Shown: positions 1 through 10,585 of the stretch, piece by piece
Layout of the letters: each line of letters opens with the position of its first letter
Numbering within the stretch: the first letter of the stretch is position 1
Source: Candidatus Gottesmanbacteria bacterium
GTDB taxonomy: Bacteria; Patescibacteriota; Microgenomatia; UBA10105; UBA927
Direction: 5' to 3'
Assembly: GCA_023245335.1 (NCBI GenBank)
Contig: JAHFKK010000001.1
Coordinates: forward strand, 619,282-683,281
Length of the DNA: 64,000 bases
Program-made: the position numbers and the translations under genes
The notes under the pieces: generated by a model
What the model saw: only the letters and a program-made list of their open reading frames with translations
What the model was told of the DNA's origin: nothing
Databases searched by the model: none

Positions 1-2
1 TT

Positions 3-134
3 GGTCCGGGGCAGTCCGTCATCGTTATCAAATTTACGGATACGCCGATCCGCACGATCGGGAATCTTGCATCTGTCGCGACACTCGTCTTTATCATACT
101 GACCTATGGCAAAAAAAGAAAAACCAACCGTTAA
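3..134 (+). CDS. 3' end of a PTPS-related/YfhO-like GT-C membrane protein (partial, runs off the window)
   Basis: Frame 3 reads GPGQSVIVIKFTDTPIRTIGNLASVATLVFIILTYGKKRKTNR*. This matches the C-termini (beta strand, TM, basic tail) of the paralogs at 20195 and 32246. Confidence 0.8.
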   Translation, partial: GPGQSVIVIKFTDTPIRTIGNLASVATLVFIILTYGKKRKTNR

Positions 135-852
135 TATCGTCCTGCCGGTGTATAACGAAGAACAGGAGCTCGCGCAAAGCACGGTAGCGCTTGTGGGATT
201 TTTGCGGAAGCACCTCACCGACTTTGTGTGGCGCGTGACTATAGCTGATAACGCATCGACGGATAAGACGCTTATGGTAGCCAAACGTCTTGCGGCAAAG
301 GATTCACGCGTAACGTTCGTTCATCTTCTTCAGAAAGGGAGGGGACGCGCGGTCAAATACGTGTGGATGGGGGGCGATGATGATTATATGGCGTATATGG
401 ATATTGATTTATCGACGGATTTGAAACATCTCCCCCCGCTTCTTCATGCGCTGGAGCGCGGTTTTGATATCGCGATAGGCAGTCGAAATGTACGGGGAGC
501 TCGGGTGTACGGCCGGGGATTACTTCGAAACATTACGTCAAAAGGATATATCACGCTCATCAAATTATTTTTCTGGGTGCATTTTACGGATGCTCAATGC
601 GGATTTAAGGCAGTGACGCGTCGCGTCGTACAAGAGTTGCTCCCTGATATCAAAGACAACGTATGGTTTTTTGACTCCGAGCTTCTCATCGTCGGAGAGA
701 AACGCGGGTGGAGAATTTATGAAGAACCGGTTACATGGGTAGATAACCCCGGTTCGACGGTGAGAGTTATGAGGACCGCTATCGGAGATCTCAAGGGGCT
801 ATGGAAGCTCTGGATGACTCGTCCATGGAAGGGATATCATGCAAGACATTGA
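106..852 (+). CDS. GT2 polyprenol/dolichyl-phosphate glycosyltransferase (Dol-P-Glc synthase-like)
   Basis: VLPVYNE, ADNASTD, GRGRAV, YMDIDLS, AIGSR, DAQCGFKA and WFFDSELL motifs. Confidence 0.9.
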   Translation: MAKKEKPTVNIVLPVYNEEQELAQSTVALVGFLRKHLTDFVWRVTIADNASTDKTLMVAKRLAAKDSRVTFVHLLQKGRGRAVKYVWMGGDDDYMAYMDIDLSTDLKHLPPLLHALERGFDIAIGSRNVRGARVYGRGLLRNITSKGYITLIKLFFWVHFTDAQCGFKAVTRRVVQELLPDIKDNVWFFDSELLIVGEKRGWRIYEEPVTWVDNPGSTVRVMRTAIGDLKGLWKLWMTRPWKGYHARH

Positions 853-2287
853 TATAGCAACACTAAAAAAGCGGTCGATCGTGGGTATCGTCGCTCTCAC
901 CACGCGAACCTTTCTCCTGCAGGTTATCGCATTTACCGCGACATTTTTGTTGACGTTACTTCTCACGCCGTCAATTTTCGGCGTCTATTATGTGGTGTCT
1001 GCAGTCATCTCCTTTTTGGGATATTTTTCTGATATCGGTCTTGCCGCAGCATTGGTTCAAAAAAAAGAGCCGTTGACCGATGAGGATCTCACGACGACAT
1101 TTACGATCCAACAAAGTCTCGTTGTCGTCCTTGTCATTATCTCGTTTGCGGGAAGCGCATGGGTCGCGCAGTTTTATCACCTCAACGACGCGGGATTATG
1201 GTTATTCCGAGCGCTTATCGTATCGTTTTTTCTGTCATCTCTCAAAACGATTCCCTCTATTCTTATGGAGCGGGAATTGCAGTTTGATAAGCTCGTGATA
1301 CCGACGATAGCAGAAACATTGGGATTTTATATCGTGACCGTCTATCTGGCGTGGCGGGGATTCGGCATCACAAGCTTTACCTGGGGAGTGCTTGCGCGCG
1401 GCGTCATCGGGCTCGTGAGTATCTATATCATCCGTCCATGGAGGATGTCTCTTGGGTTCTCAAAAGACGTACTGCACCGGTTACTGCGGTTCGGCATTCC
1501 GTTCCAGATGAATTCATTTTTGGCGCTTCTGAAAGACGATCTGTTTACTATCTTTTTGGGCAAGGTGTTGCCGTTTGCTCAAGTCGGCTATATCGGGTGG
1601 GCGAAGAAATGGGCGGAGGTGCCGCTGCGGCTTATCATGGATAGCATTATCCGGGTGACATTCCCGGCTTTTGCCCGCATGCAGCATGACGTGAATCTCC
1701 TTCGGAAAGCAATAGAAAAGACGATTTACGGACTTGCGCTTACGATGTTGCCGATTTCTATGGGTTTGATGTTCTTTGTGGGACCGATGGTGGAGATCAT
1801 TCCGAAGTACGCGAAGTGGAATCCTGCGCTCGTGTCATTTTACTTTTTTGTGGTGGCGGCAGCGATGGCCGGCATGACGACGCCATTAACCAATGCATTA
1901 AATGCGGTCGGAAAAATTAAAACAACGCTCTTTTTTATGGTACTTTGGACCGTCCTGACATGGACTCTTGCCGTAACCGGCATCAAACTTTTTGGGTATA
2001 ACGGATTTGCTATCGCGCTTTGTATCATATCGTTTACGATTGTGTGGGTTCTTCGCGAAGTCAAAAAGATCGTATCGTTTTCGTTTTGGGCACAAATTTG
2101 GAGTGCGGTATTGGGTATCGCCGTACAAGGAGCCTGGTATGCTCTGATTGTTCCGCATCTGCCGAAAAACGTACTTCTTCTAGGCGCGACGGGTTTCACC
2201 GGTGTTATACTTTATGGAGTGACGGTATATGTCGCGGATCGCGCACGCATACAGGGATTCATCATGTCACTAAGGAAACTATCATGA
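839..2287 (+). CDS. wzx: Wzx-type oligosaccharide/polysaccharide flippase (WzxC-like)
   Basis: 482 aa, ~12-14 TM; LLTPSIFG, SDIGLAAALVQKKE and RVTFPAFAR motifs typical of PST/MOP flippases. Confidence 0.85.
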   Translation: MQDIDIATLKKRSIVGIVALTTRTFLLQVIAFTATFLLTLLLTPSIFGVYYVVSAVISFLGYFSDIGLAAALVQKKEPLTDEDLTTTFTIQQSLVVVLVIISFAGSAWVAQFYHLNDAGLWLFRALIVSFFLSSLKTIPSILMERELQFDKLVIPTIAETLGFYIVTVYLAWRGFGITSFTWGVLARGVIGLVSIYIIRPWRMSLGFSKDVLHRLLRFGIPFQMNSFLALLKDDLFTIFLGKVLPFAQVGYIGWAKKWAEVPLRLIMDSIIRVTFPAFARMQHDVNLLRKAIEKTIYGLALTMLPISMGLMFFVGPMVEIIPKYAKWNPALVSFYFFVVAAAMAGMTTPLTNALNAVGKIKTTLFFMVLWTVLTWTLAVTGIKLFGYNGFAIALCIISFTIVWVLREVKKIVSFSFWAQIWSAVLGIAVQGAWYALIVPHLPKNVLLLGATGFTGVILYGVTVYVADRARIQGFIMSLRKLS

Positions 2288-3192
2288 CCATAAGCGTTGT
2301 TATCTCAACCCATAACCGGTCAAAAAGCCTCGCGCAGACGTTGAGTTCGGTGAAGATACTTGCTCAAGAGATTATTGTTGTGGATTCGGGCTCGACAGAC
2401 GATACGGTAAAAGTGGCCAAGAAGTTTACCGCTCAGGTGTATACGAGACCCAACAACCTCATGCTGAATGTGAATAAGAATTTCGGGTTTACGAAGGCAA
2501 CTGGAGACTGGATACTCAATCTTGATGATGATGAGGAAGTGCCTCCAGAGCTCGCAAAAGAAATCCGAGAGAGCCTCCGATACGTGCCGTCCAGTGTCGT
2601 CGGATTTTGGATTCCCCGCAAAAATATTATTTTTGGGCGCTGGATCAAACATGGTCTGTGGTGGCCGGACCGGCAGCTACGGTTATTCCGGCGCGGAGAG
2701 GGAGCATTTCCTGAAAAACACGTGCACGAATACCTCGCAGTGACCGGAATCACCAAAACGTTGGATACGCCATATATCCATCACAACTACGATTCTATAG
2801 CGCAATATCTCGGGAAGATGGAGGAGATTTACACGGAAAGCGAAATTCAAAGATATACACTTGCGAATTATCAGGTTACATGGCATGACGCGATTCGATT
2901 TCCTGCGTCTGATTTCCTGAAAATTTACTTTGCGCAGTCAGGATACAAGGATGGCTTGCACGGGTTAGTTTTGGCACTTCTTCAGTCGTTTTATTCGTTT
3001 ATCATATTCGCGAAGCTTTGGGAGAAGAAACAATTTGCGGAGCAGGAGATTACACTTCGTGATGTCCGGCAGGAATTAACCCGGTCAGGTCGCGAACTCT
3101 CATACTGGGTGACCACAGCCCGGATGCACGATGCCTCAAATCCGCTCAAAAGATTTTGGTATAAACTGCTTCGGCGATATGGAAGATCCTAA
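2284..3192 (+). CDS. GT2 glycosyltransferase, WaaE/KdtX-like
   Basis: Start revised to ATG 2284 (ATGA overlap with flippase stop, AAGGA upstream). Motifs VVDSGSTD, DWILNLDDDE, PDRQLRLF, HVHE, GYKDGLHG. Confidence 0.88.
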   Translation: MTISVVISTHNRSKSLAQTLSSVKILAQEIIVVDSGSTDDTVKVAKKFTAQVYTRPNNLMLNVNKNFGFTKATGDWILNLDDDEEVPPELAKEIRESLRYVPSSVVGFWIPRKNIIFGRWIKHGLWWPDRQLRLFRRGEGAFPEKHVHEYLAVTGITKTLDTPYIHHNYDSIAQYLGKMEEIYTESEIQRYTLANYQVTWHDAIRFPASDFLKIYFAQSGYKDGLHGLVLALLQSFYSFIIFAKLWEKKQFAEQEITLRDVRQELTRSGRELSYWVTTARMHDASNPLKRFWYKLLRRYGRS

Positions 3193-3227
3193 CGCGTCAG
3201 TCATAAGATGTCCTCGCGGGGTATGAT

Positions 3228-4145
3228 ATGTCAAAAGTAACCATCGTCATAGTGAATTGGAACGGAATACGCGATACGATACGTTGCCTCGAGTCGATTG
3301 AGCGGATAAAAAAACAGGGAATCGATCTCACGACTGTCGTCGTTGATAACGGATCGACGGACGGTTCCGTCGCGACGCTAAAAAAGAAATTTGCCTGGGT
3401 CGTCATACTCGCATTGCCACGGAATTTGGGTTTCACCGGAGGGAATAATGCCGGTATGAGATACGCGATTTCTCATGGGGGTGATTTTGTGTGGCTCCTC
3501 AATAACGATACATTAGTTCATCCGGATGCGCTTCGGATTACTAAAGCGTTTGAGGATGAGGCTGTCGGGATTGCCGGGTCCAAGATCTACTTTGCCCCGG
3601 GGCACGAATATCACAGAGACCGGTATAAAGAGGCAGATAAGGGGAAGGTATTCTGGTATGCCGGGGGCCTCGTTGACTGGGATAATATGTACGCAAGTCA
3701 TAAAGGAGTAGATGAAGTGGATCATGGCCAATATGACGCGGTAGAAAGAACCCCATTTATCAGCGGTTGTTCCATGATGATACGAAGGGCGGTCATAGAA
3801 TCGATTGGATATCTTGATGAGAAGTTTTATCTGTATCTTGAGGACCTAGATTATTGTCTTCGCGCGAAGAAGCGAGGCTATGAGCTTGTATACTATCCGT
3901 CTTCGGTCATTTGGCACGTGAACGCAGGTTCGTCTGGAGGAGCCGGTAATCCTTTGCATGATTACTACATTACAAGAAACAGATTATTGGTGGGTTGGAG
4001 ATATGCGTCTCTCCGCACAAAACTGGCTCTTGTGCGGGAGGGTGCGAGATTTTTACTTGGTGCAAACGCTGTAAAACGGTGGGCGGTTTGGAACGCTCTG
4101 GTAGGAAAATGGGGAAAGCAATATGAGCCCAAAAAAATTACTTAG
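3228..4145 (+). CDS. GT2 glycosyltransferase (WbbL/rhamnosyltransferase-like)
   Basis: IVNWNG, VDNGSTD, NLGFTGGNN, LLNND, SGCSMMI and YLEDLDYC motifs. Confidence 0.88.
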   Translation: MSKVTIVIVNWNGIRDTIRCLESIERIKKQGIDLTTVVVDNGSTDGSVATLKKKFAWVVILALPRNLGFTGGNNAGMRYAISHGGDFVWLLNNDTLVHPDALRITKAFEDEAVGIAGSKIYFAPGHEYHRDRYKEADKGKVFWYAGGLVDWDNMYASHKGVDEVDHGQYDAVERTPFISGCSMMIRRAVIESIGYLDEKFYLYLEDLDYCLRAKKRGYELVYYPSSVIWHVNAGSSGGAGNPLHDYYITRNRLLVGWRYASLRTKLALVREGARFLLGANAVKRWAVWNALVGKWGKQYEPKKIT

Positions 4146-4890
4146 TGCCATTATTATCGCGAAAAACGAATCATTACGTATCAGCACATGTGTTGATGCG
4201 CTTTCTTTCTGTGACGAGATACTCGTTGCGGATAACGGATCTACGGATGAGACCGCATCGGTCGCCCGTGCACACGGCGGTCTGGTCATTACGTTTCACG
4301 CTCAAGATTTCGCAGAACTCCGAAACGACGCGGCGAAGCGCGTGAAGGGCGACTGGATATTGTATGTCGATGCCGATGAGGTCATCGGAGAAACGCTTGC
4401 TCGCGCCATCCGTCACCTTGTCGATTCGTGGCAGCCCGGCGCACCGACGAGTTACCGTTTGGAACGTATTAATTATTATCTAGGTCAGCGGTGGCCGGGT
4501 AGTGAGCGGATGCTTAGGCTTTTTAAATGTACCGCTTTCAAAGGCTGGGAGGGAGAACTCCATGAAACTGCGCGTACTACAGGGCATGTTGGAGATCTTA
4601 CTGGAGAGTTGAGGCATGACACCCATCGGAATCTTGAGGAAATGGTTGAGAAAACAAATGAATGGTCAGAAACGGAAGCTGAACTTCGTTTAGCCGCTCA
4701 CCATCCGCGCATATCGTGGTGGCGGTTACTGAGGGTGACATTGACCGGATTTTGGAATTCATTTGTCGGTCAGGGAGGGTGGCGCGCAGGGACAGTCGGA
4801 TGGATAGAGAGCATATACCAGGGATTCAGTCTGTTCATCACGTACGCGAAGCTGTGGGAGTTACAGAGTCAAAAAAACAGTAAGTCGTAG
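4123..4890 (+). CDS. GT2 glycosyltransferase, WaaE/KdtX-like
   Basis: IIAKNE, DNGSTD, DFAELRN, WILYVDADE and LHE motifs. Confidence 0.88.
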   Translation: MSPKKLLSAIIIAKNESLRISTCVDALSFCDEILVADNGSTDETASVARAHGGLVITFHAQDFAELRNDAAKRVKGDWILYVDADEVIGETLARAIRHLVDSWQPGAPTSYRLERINYYLGQRWPGSERMLRLFKCTAFKGWEGELHETARTTGHVGDLTGELRHDTHRNLEEMVEKTNEWSETEAELRLAAHHPRISWWRLLRVTLTGFWNSFVGQGGWRAGTVGWIESIYQGFSLFITYAKLWELQSQKNSKS

Positions 4891-4899
4891 AAAATAAGT

Positions 4900-7209
4900 A
4901 TGAAGTATCTAGTGCGGCATTGGGGGGTAGGATTTATTATTGCGGCCTGGCTTCTATTTGCTTCGCCGTATTTTGTGAAAGGTCTGGCCCCGTTTCCGTC
5001 CAAATTTCTAGTGACGTTTTTTGCCCCATGGAGCACTACCTACGCTATGCCGGTAAAAAATGGAGCTATGCCGGACGTCATAACCCAAATATATCCGTGG
5101 AAACGCGTTACTATCGCAAGCTGGAAGTCGGGGCAGGTGCCGTTATGGAATCCGTTTAGCTTTGCCGGCACTGCGCAGGCGGGCAATTACCAGAGCGCGG
5201 TATTTTCTCCGGTTAATGCATTGTTCTTTATATTGCCGGAGATCCCCGCGTGGAGCATCATGATACTTCTGCAACCACTTCTTGCGGGGCTTTTCATGTA
5301 TCTATTCCTTCGTAGTATTTCCCGGTCTCCGGAGGGGAGCGTCATGGGGAGCCTTGCGTTTATGTTTTGCGGATTTATCGTCGTTTGGATGGCATACGGG
5401 ACTTTAGGCTACGCAGCGCTATTCCTGCCACTTGCTTTGTATGCGGTAAACGTCTACGAACAAGGAAAACATCCGTGGGCCGGTCCGCTACTCGCCCTGT
5501 CTATTGGCCTGTCGCTCGTTTCCGGGCACTTCCAAATCAGCCTTTATGTGTTGCTGTTTACGGTGTTATATCTTCTGTTTCGTTCGTTCCAGGCAAAGAA
5601 GGGGATCCGGATTTTTTCCGCAGTATGGTATATAGGTCTGGGATTATTGTTTGCCGCACCCCAGATACTGCCGTCGCTTTCGACATATCTTGCCGCAGTG
5701 CGAAGCAGCATCTTTCAGAAGGGTGAGGTTATACCTTGGCAGTATCTCGTGACGATATTTTCTCCTGATTTTTATGGGAATCCTGTGACGAGAAACGACT
5801 GGTTTGGTCATTATGCAGAATGGGCTATGTTTATCGGTGTTGCACCGCTTATAGCAGTTATCGCTCTGTGGTTTCTTCCGCGAAAAGACAACGCCGTAAA
5901 GTTTTTTAGTCTGACTGCAATTATTCTTTTCCTCTTTGCGTTGCCGACACCGCTCACTGATCTCTTATATGCTGCCCGAATTCCCGTCCTGTCCACGAGT
6001 GCCGCATCGCGCATTATCATTCTTGTAAGTTTCGCATTCGCGGCACTTTCAGCGTACGGAATCGATGCGATACGTACGTCCTGGGAAAAGGACTCGTATA
6101 AACGGATCCTGGGGGCTGTCCTGACAGTCTGCTTTTCCATAGTCGCCGTCTGGGGAGCGCTCAAGTTATTGAAGCCGTTTCCTGCGGAAAAGCTTTCGGT
6201 TGCGATGCATAATACACTCCTGCCCACCTTCATCGCGGTTGTTGCTGTTGCCGCTATTGTGTTGGGGTATTTCGTGCCGAAACGATGGCGCCGGATCTTG
6301 CCGTACGCCCTCATTCTCATAGCGCTTGTCGATCTCCTGCGGTTTGCGGGGAAATGGATGCCGTTTGACCCCAAAGAATATGTGTACCCCAACGTGAACG
6401 TATTGCGGTATGTGTCATCGGTAATAGCCCCAACACACGCACGGGTGAATGGAAACATCGGTAATGAGGTAGCCTCAGCCTTTGGTATACCGGTTTTGGA
6501 AGGCTATGACGCCGTTTATCAGGCGCGGTATGGCAAGTTTATAAGCAGCGCGACCGATGGAAAGATCGCAGTTCTCAATCGCTCCGTCGTACAGCTTGAT
6601 AAACAGGGGAAATACACCGAGGATATACTACGGCTTTTAGGGGTACGGTACCTCATGCATAAAGTAAGTGATGGCAGGAATACATGGGCGTATCCGTTTT
6701 GGAATTTTCCGTCGTATCGTTCGATCTGGAAAGACGCGTCCTATGAAGTTTTTGAAAACGATGCCGCCTACCCCCGCGCATATCTGGCATCGAGCTACAC
6801 TGTGGCGACGCAGGAATTCTCGATTCTTACGAAGTTATTTGCGAAGGATATCGATAGACGGGAGACATTGGTATTGGAAGAAGATCCTGTCATAAAGCCG
6901 GCTACTGGTGCCGGCACGGCTACGATTACGACCTACGAGCCGACACGCGTCGCCGTACGGGTCGTAAGCCAAGCGCCAAAGCTTTTGTTTCTTTCCGATG
7001 TATATGACCCGGGTTGGCATGCGGCAGTTGATGGGAAAGCCGCACCTCTCTATCGGGCGGATTATGATTTTCGTGCCGTATCAGTACCTGCCGGCACGCA
7101 TACGGTAACCATGTGGTATTGGCCGATAGAAGAGACAATTGGGTTCATAGCCGCCGGATTTGCTACACTATGGTGTATAGGAGTATTGTTTAGACGAAAA
7201 CGCATATGA
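4900..7209 (+). CDS. YfhO-family GT-C membrane protein
   Basis: 769 aa multi-TM; PDVITQIYPW, PLWNPFSFAG, SGHFQ, FSPDFYGNP, EGYD, LGVRY and YDPGWHAAVDG motifs; C-terminal TM. Confidence 0.85.
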   Translation: MKYLVRHWGVGFIIAAWLLFASPYFVKGLAPFPSKFLVTFFAPWSTTYAMPVKNGAMPDVITQIYPWKRVTIASWKSGQVPLWNPFSFAGTAQAGNYQSAVFSPVNALFFILPEIPAWSIMILLQPLLAGLFMYLFLRSISRSPEGSVMGSLAFMFCGFIVVWMAYGTLGYAALFLPLALYAVNVYEQGKHPWAGPLLALSIGLSLVSGHFQISLYVLLFTVLYLLFRSFQAKKGIRIFSAVWYIGLGLLFAAPQILPSLSTYLAAVRSSIFQKGEVIPWQYLVTIFSPDFYGNPVTRNDWFGHYAEWAMFIGVAPLIAVIALWFLPRKDNAVKFFSLTAIILFLFALPTPLTDLLYAARIPVLSTSAASRIIILVSFAFAALSAYGIDAIRTSWEKDSYKRILGAVLTVCFSIVAVWGALKLLKPFPAEKLSVAMHNTLLPTFIAVVAVAAIVLGYFVPKRWRRILPYALILIALVDLLRFAGKWMPFDPKEYVYPNVNVLRYVSSVIAPTHARVNGNIGNEVASAFGIPVLEGYDAVYQARYGKFISSATDGKIAVLNRSVVQLDKQGKYTEDILRLLGVRYLMHKVSDGRNTWAYPFWNFPSYRSIWKDASYEVFENDAAYPRAYLASSYTVATQEFSILTKLFAKDIDRRETLVLEEDPVIKPATGAGTATITTYEPTRVAVRVVSQAPKLLFLSDVYDPGWHAAVDGKAAPLYRADYDFRAVSVPAGTHTVTMWYWPIEETIGFIAAGFATLWCIGVLFRRKRI

Positions 7210-8252
7210 AGATCGGCTTATATAATCCATATTATGACGGGTTAGGAGGAGGCGAACGGTATACTCTCACGCTCGCAAGCCATTGGTCACGCGTTCATGA
7301 TGTGTCGCTTTTTTGGGACGACCCGAATATTCTCGCCGTTTCGGAATCAAGGTTCGGTCTTGATCTTTCGCGTGTTCGTGTGACACCGAATGTATTTAAA
7401 AACGGGAATATATTTGAAAAACTCTGGGCCTCACGTAAGTACGACCTCATATTTTTCTTGAGCGACGGAAGCATTCCGATGACGCTCGCCCGGCACAACA
7501 TATTGCATTTCCAGGTGCCGTTTCCGTCTATTCTTACCGACCCGTGGAAAATGGGAAGATATGACGCGGTTATATGTAATTCTCAATTCACCAAAAACGC
7601 CATAGATGCGGAGGTAGGGCTTAAGGCAATGGTCATCTACCCGCCCGTGCCGAGCATAGGGCTACCGAAACAGATTAAGAAAAAGAAACGGATACTTTCC
7701 GTAGGAAGATTCACGAATTATTTTCAGGCAAAGAAGCAGGAAGTGCTCATAGAAGCATTTAAGTCTGTGTATCAGCACAGCACGTTTGCCGATTGGGAGC
7801 TTGTGTTTGCCGGGGGTCTCATGAATTCGGATGAAGAATATTTCGCTAAGCTCAAGACACTTGCCGCCGGTATGCCGATACATTTTCTCCCCAACGTAAC
7901 GAACGATGAATTGACGAAACTGTACCAGACGTCCACGATTTTTTGGCACGCGGCAGGATTCGGAGAAACGAACGCCGTACTTCTCGAGCACTTCGGTATT
8001 GCAACAGTCGAAGCCATGAGCGCGGGTGCGGTTCCTTTGGTTTTTGCAGCGGGCGGACAGCCGGAGATCGTTACCGACGGCGTGAGCGGTGAACTATGGG
8101 CAACGATGAAGGAGCTGGTAGATGGTACTATTTCGCTCGTGACTGACCAGGCAAGACTTTTGAGGCTTCGGAAAGCCGCTATGCTGAGGTCGCAGGCGTT
8201 TAGCATTGAGCGATTCACCCGCGCATTTGACGGACTTATCGCCGGTTGGTAA
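7206..8252 (+). CDS. GT4 (GT-B) glycosyltransferase
   Basis: GGGERY, NSQFT, ILSVGRF and EHFGIATVEAMSAG motifs; ATGA overlap with upstream stop. Confidence 0.9.
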   Translation: MKIGLYNPYYDGLGGGERYTLTLASHWSRVHDVSLFWDDPNILAVSESRFGLDLSRVRVTPNVFKNGNIFEKLWASRKYDLIFFLSDGSIPMTLARHNILHFQVPFPSILTDPWKMGRYDAVICNSQFTKNAIDAEVGLKAMVIYPPVPSIGLPKQIKKKKRILSVGRFTNYFQAKKQEVLIEAFKSVYQHSTFADWELVFAGGLMNSDEEYFAKLKTLAAGMPIHFLPNVTNDELTKLYQTSTIFWHAAGFGETNAVLLEHFGIATVEAMSAGAVPLVFAAGGQPEIVTDGVSGELWATMKELVDGTISLVTDQARLLRLRKAAMLRSQAFSIERFTRAFDGLIAGW

Positions 8253-8262
8253 TACCACCCAT

Positions 8263-10530
8263 ATGAAGCGAATTGGACTCACCGGATGGCCCCTTCTCCT
8301 CATGACTTTTATACTCGTCACCGTAGTCTTTTTTTATCAGACGTTTTCTAAAGGCTATTTACCTATTCCGACGGACGCGCTTATCGGGTTATATCACCCG
8401 TGGCGGGATGTATATGCGAAGGAGTATCCCAGAGGAGTACCGTTTAAGAATTTTCTTATCACCGATCCCATTCGTCAACAGATACCATGGCGTAAGCTCG
8501 TTATAGATACCTGGAAATCCGGACATACTCCGGGATGGAATCCATATACGTTCGTCGGCGTACCGCTGAACGCAAATATACAGGCAGCACCTTTTTACGC
8601 TCTAAATATACTTTTTTTCTTGTTTACTTTCCCTATAGCATGGACACTCCTTGTCATGGCACAGCCTTTACTCGCCGGACTGTTCCTTTTTTTATACCTT
8701 CGTAATCGACGCTTGAGTCACGTAGCTTCGTTTGTCGGAGGTATAGTGTGGGCGTTTAGCGGATTCTCCGTTGCGTGGATGACGTGGGGCACGATTATGC
8801 AGACGGCTCTTTGGGCGCCTCTCATTCTTCTCTCTTTAGATAATCTTTTGCTTCCGAAAGCGCATAAGCCAGAAAAATCACGGATTATCCTTTGGATGAT
8901 CATTCTGGCCGGAGCGATTGCGATGACAGTCACAGCAGGTCACATTCAAGTAGCCTTATATACAATGACGCTTGCAGCCTTTTATGTCTTCTGGAGTGTG
9001 AAGTCGGAAGGTCGTACTATGGGTGCGCGATGGGTGATTGTTGCTGTCGGAGGAGCCATACTTCTTACTGCGGTACAGTGGATTCCACTCCTGCAATTTT
9101 TGCCGCAAACCGGGAGAGCGGGAGCGGCTGATGCCTGGAAGGTAGCAGGCTGGTTCCTGCCGTGGCAGAACCTTGTTCAATTTGTGGCGCCTGACTTTTT
9201 CGGCAATCCGGCGACGTTAAACTACTGGGGTGTGTGGAACTACGGTGAATTTATAGGCTATATAGGTATCTTGCCGTTGGTTTTTGCTCTTTCTGCGGTG
9301 TTTCTTTCCGGGATACCCATATTTTTTTCCGTCGTCCTATGCGTGAGTTTCTTGTTTATGACTCCAAATCCCGTTTCCGGCATTCCGTTTGTGTTGCATA
9401 TACCATTTCTCTCGATATTGCAGCCGACGCGGCTCATGGCAGTCGTTGACCTGAGTCTCGCGGTACTTGCCGCATACGGACTGGAAGCGATGACAAAACA
9501 CAAAAGTCGCGCGTACGGCGCCTTTGCCGTTGTTGGTTTAGTCATTCTCGGATCGTGGGGAGTCGTTTTGGCAGGAAAATTTATCTCGCACGATCCGACG
9601 GTGTCGGGTAATTTACTCATCACCAGGCACAACCTTGTTTTGCCGACGCTTATATTTGCCGTGGGTCTCCTTTGGTATGCCATTCGGAACTATAGGAACG
9701 TCGTACGATGGCGATTGGCTGGAGAAGTGGCGCTTATCCTGATTGTCATTTTTGATCTTTTTCGTTTCGGATGGAAGTTTACGCCGTTTACTCCGCAAGC
9801 GTATTTTTTCCCGACGACACAAACGATTCAGTATCTACAGCACATACCCAAGCCGTTTCGGGTGATGAGTCTGGATGACCGTATCCTTCCTCCGAACGCC
9901 GGGAGCTATTATGGCATCGAGACCATAGAAGGGTACGATCCAATTGCGCCCAGACTCTACGAAGATTTTCTCGTGGCCTCCGAGCGTGGGAAAGCAGACA
10001 CGAGTCGTCCGACAGGCTTTAACCGGATATATACGGCCCACAACATAGACTCGCCGTTATTACCGTATCTTAACGTCCGTTATGTATTGTCGCTTACCGA
10101 CGTATCAAGGCCTTTTCTTACCAAAGTATATGAGGAAGGAGAGGTCAGAGTCTACGAGTATAAAAAAGCGTTGCCGCGTATATATCTTGCAGAAAGTCTT
10201 ATGCCGAGGAAGAATTCGCAAGACGTGCTACAAACGCTTTTTACCGCATCACCGGGAGCGGTAGGGGTATATGATCCGCTTGTGCCGATCCAGTCACTCC
10301 CGCTTGCCGCAGAGGAAGGCGCGAGGATCACATCCTATCAACCAAACGAAATTCATGTGCGCGTGACGGCGGCGTATCCGAGAGTGTTGATTCTTCTCAA
10401 TGAGTTCGACGCGCATTGGGCTGCAACGATTGATAATGGCGGACCGTTTACCGTGTTTCCGGTGAATTACCTGTTTATGGGCGTGAACATTCCCATGGGT
10501 TCTCATACGGTCGTTTTCACGTACCGATAA
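8263..10530 (+). CDS. YfhO-family GT-C membrane protein
   Basis: Start revised to ATG 8263 (MKRIG, just after the GT4 stop). Motifs TDPIRQQIPW, GWNPYTFVG, AGHIQ, APDFFGNP, EGYDP, LNVRY. Confidence 0.85.
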   Translation: MKRIGLTGWPLLLMTFILVTVVFFYQTFSKGYLPIPTDALIGLYHPWRDVYAKEYPRGVPFKNFLITDPIRQQIPWRKLVIDTWKSGHTPGWNPYTFVGVPLNANIQAAPFYALNILFFLFTFPIAWTLLVMAQPLLAGLFLFLYLRNRRLSHVASFVGGIVWAFSGFSVAWMTWGTIMQTALWAPLILLSLDNLLLPKAHKPEKSRIILWMIILAGAIAMTVTAGHIQVALYTMTLAAFYVFWSVKSEGRTMGARWVIVAVGGAILLTAVQWIPLLQFLPQTGRAGAADAWKVAGWFLPWQNLVQFVAPDFFGNPATLNYWGVWNYGEFIGYIGILPLVFALSAVFLSGIPIFFSVVLCVSFLFMTPNPVSGIPFVLHIPFLSILQPTRLMAVVDLSLAVLAAYGLEAMTKHKSRAYGAFAVVGLVILGSWGVVLAGKFISHDPTVSGNLLITRHNLVLPTLIFAVGLLWYAIRNYRNVVRWRLAGEVALILIVIFDLFRFGWKFTPFTPQAYFFPTTQTIQYLQHIPKPFRVMSLDDRILPPNAGSYYGIETIEGYDPIAPRLYEDFLVASERGKADTSRPTGFNRIYTAHNIDSPLLPYLNVRYVLSLTDVSRPFLTKVYEEGEVRVYEYKKALPRIYLAESLMPRKNSQDVLQTLFTASPGAVGVYDPLVPIQSLPLAAEEGARITSYQPNEIHVRVTAAYPRVLILLNEFDAHWAATIDNGGPFTVFPVNYLFMGVNIPMGSHTVVFTYR

Positions 10531-10585
10531 GGAATGAGATACGTTGCTAAGACGACGTATCCATGCTATTGTAAAATACGTTTCT

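Noticed and set aside
2020-2283. N-terminal extensions in the ORF track (2020, 8206, 10544, 21922, 38671, 39923, 49386, 58837, 59840)
   Set aside because: They mostly overlap neighbouring genes and lack family motifs. Downstream starts fit ATGA/GTGA coupling or -10 spacing.
5811-6458. Long antisense or alternate-frame ORFs (e.g. 5811-6458, 10294-10884, 33106-33684, 41644-42258, 63083-63550)
   Set aside because: They are shadows of well-supported genes and carry no recognisable motifs.
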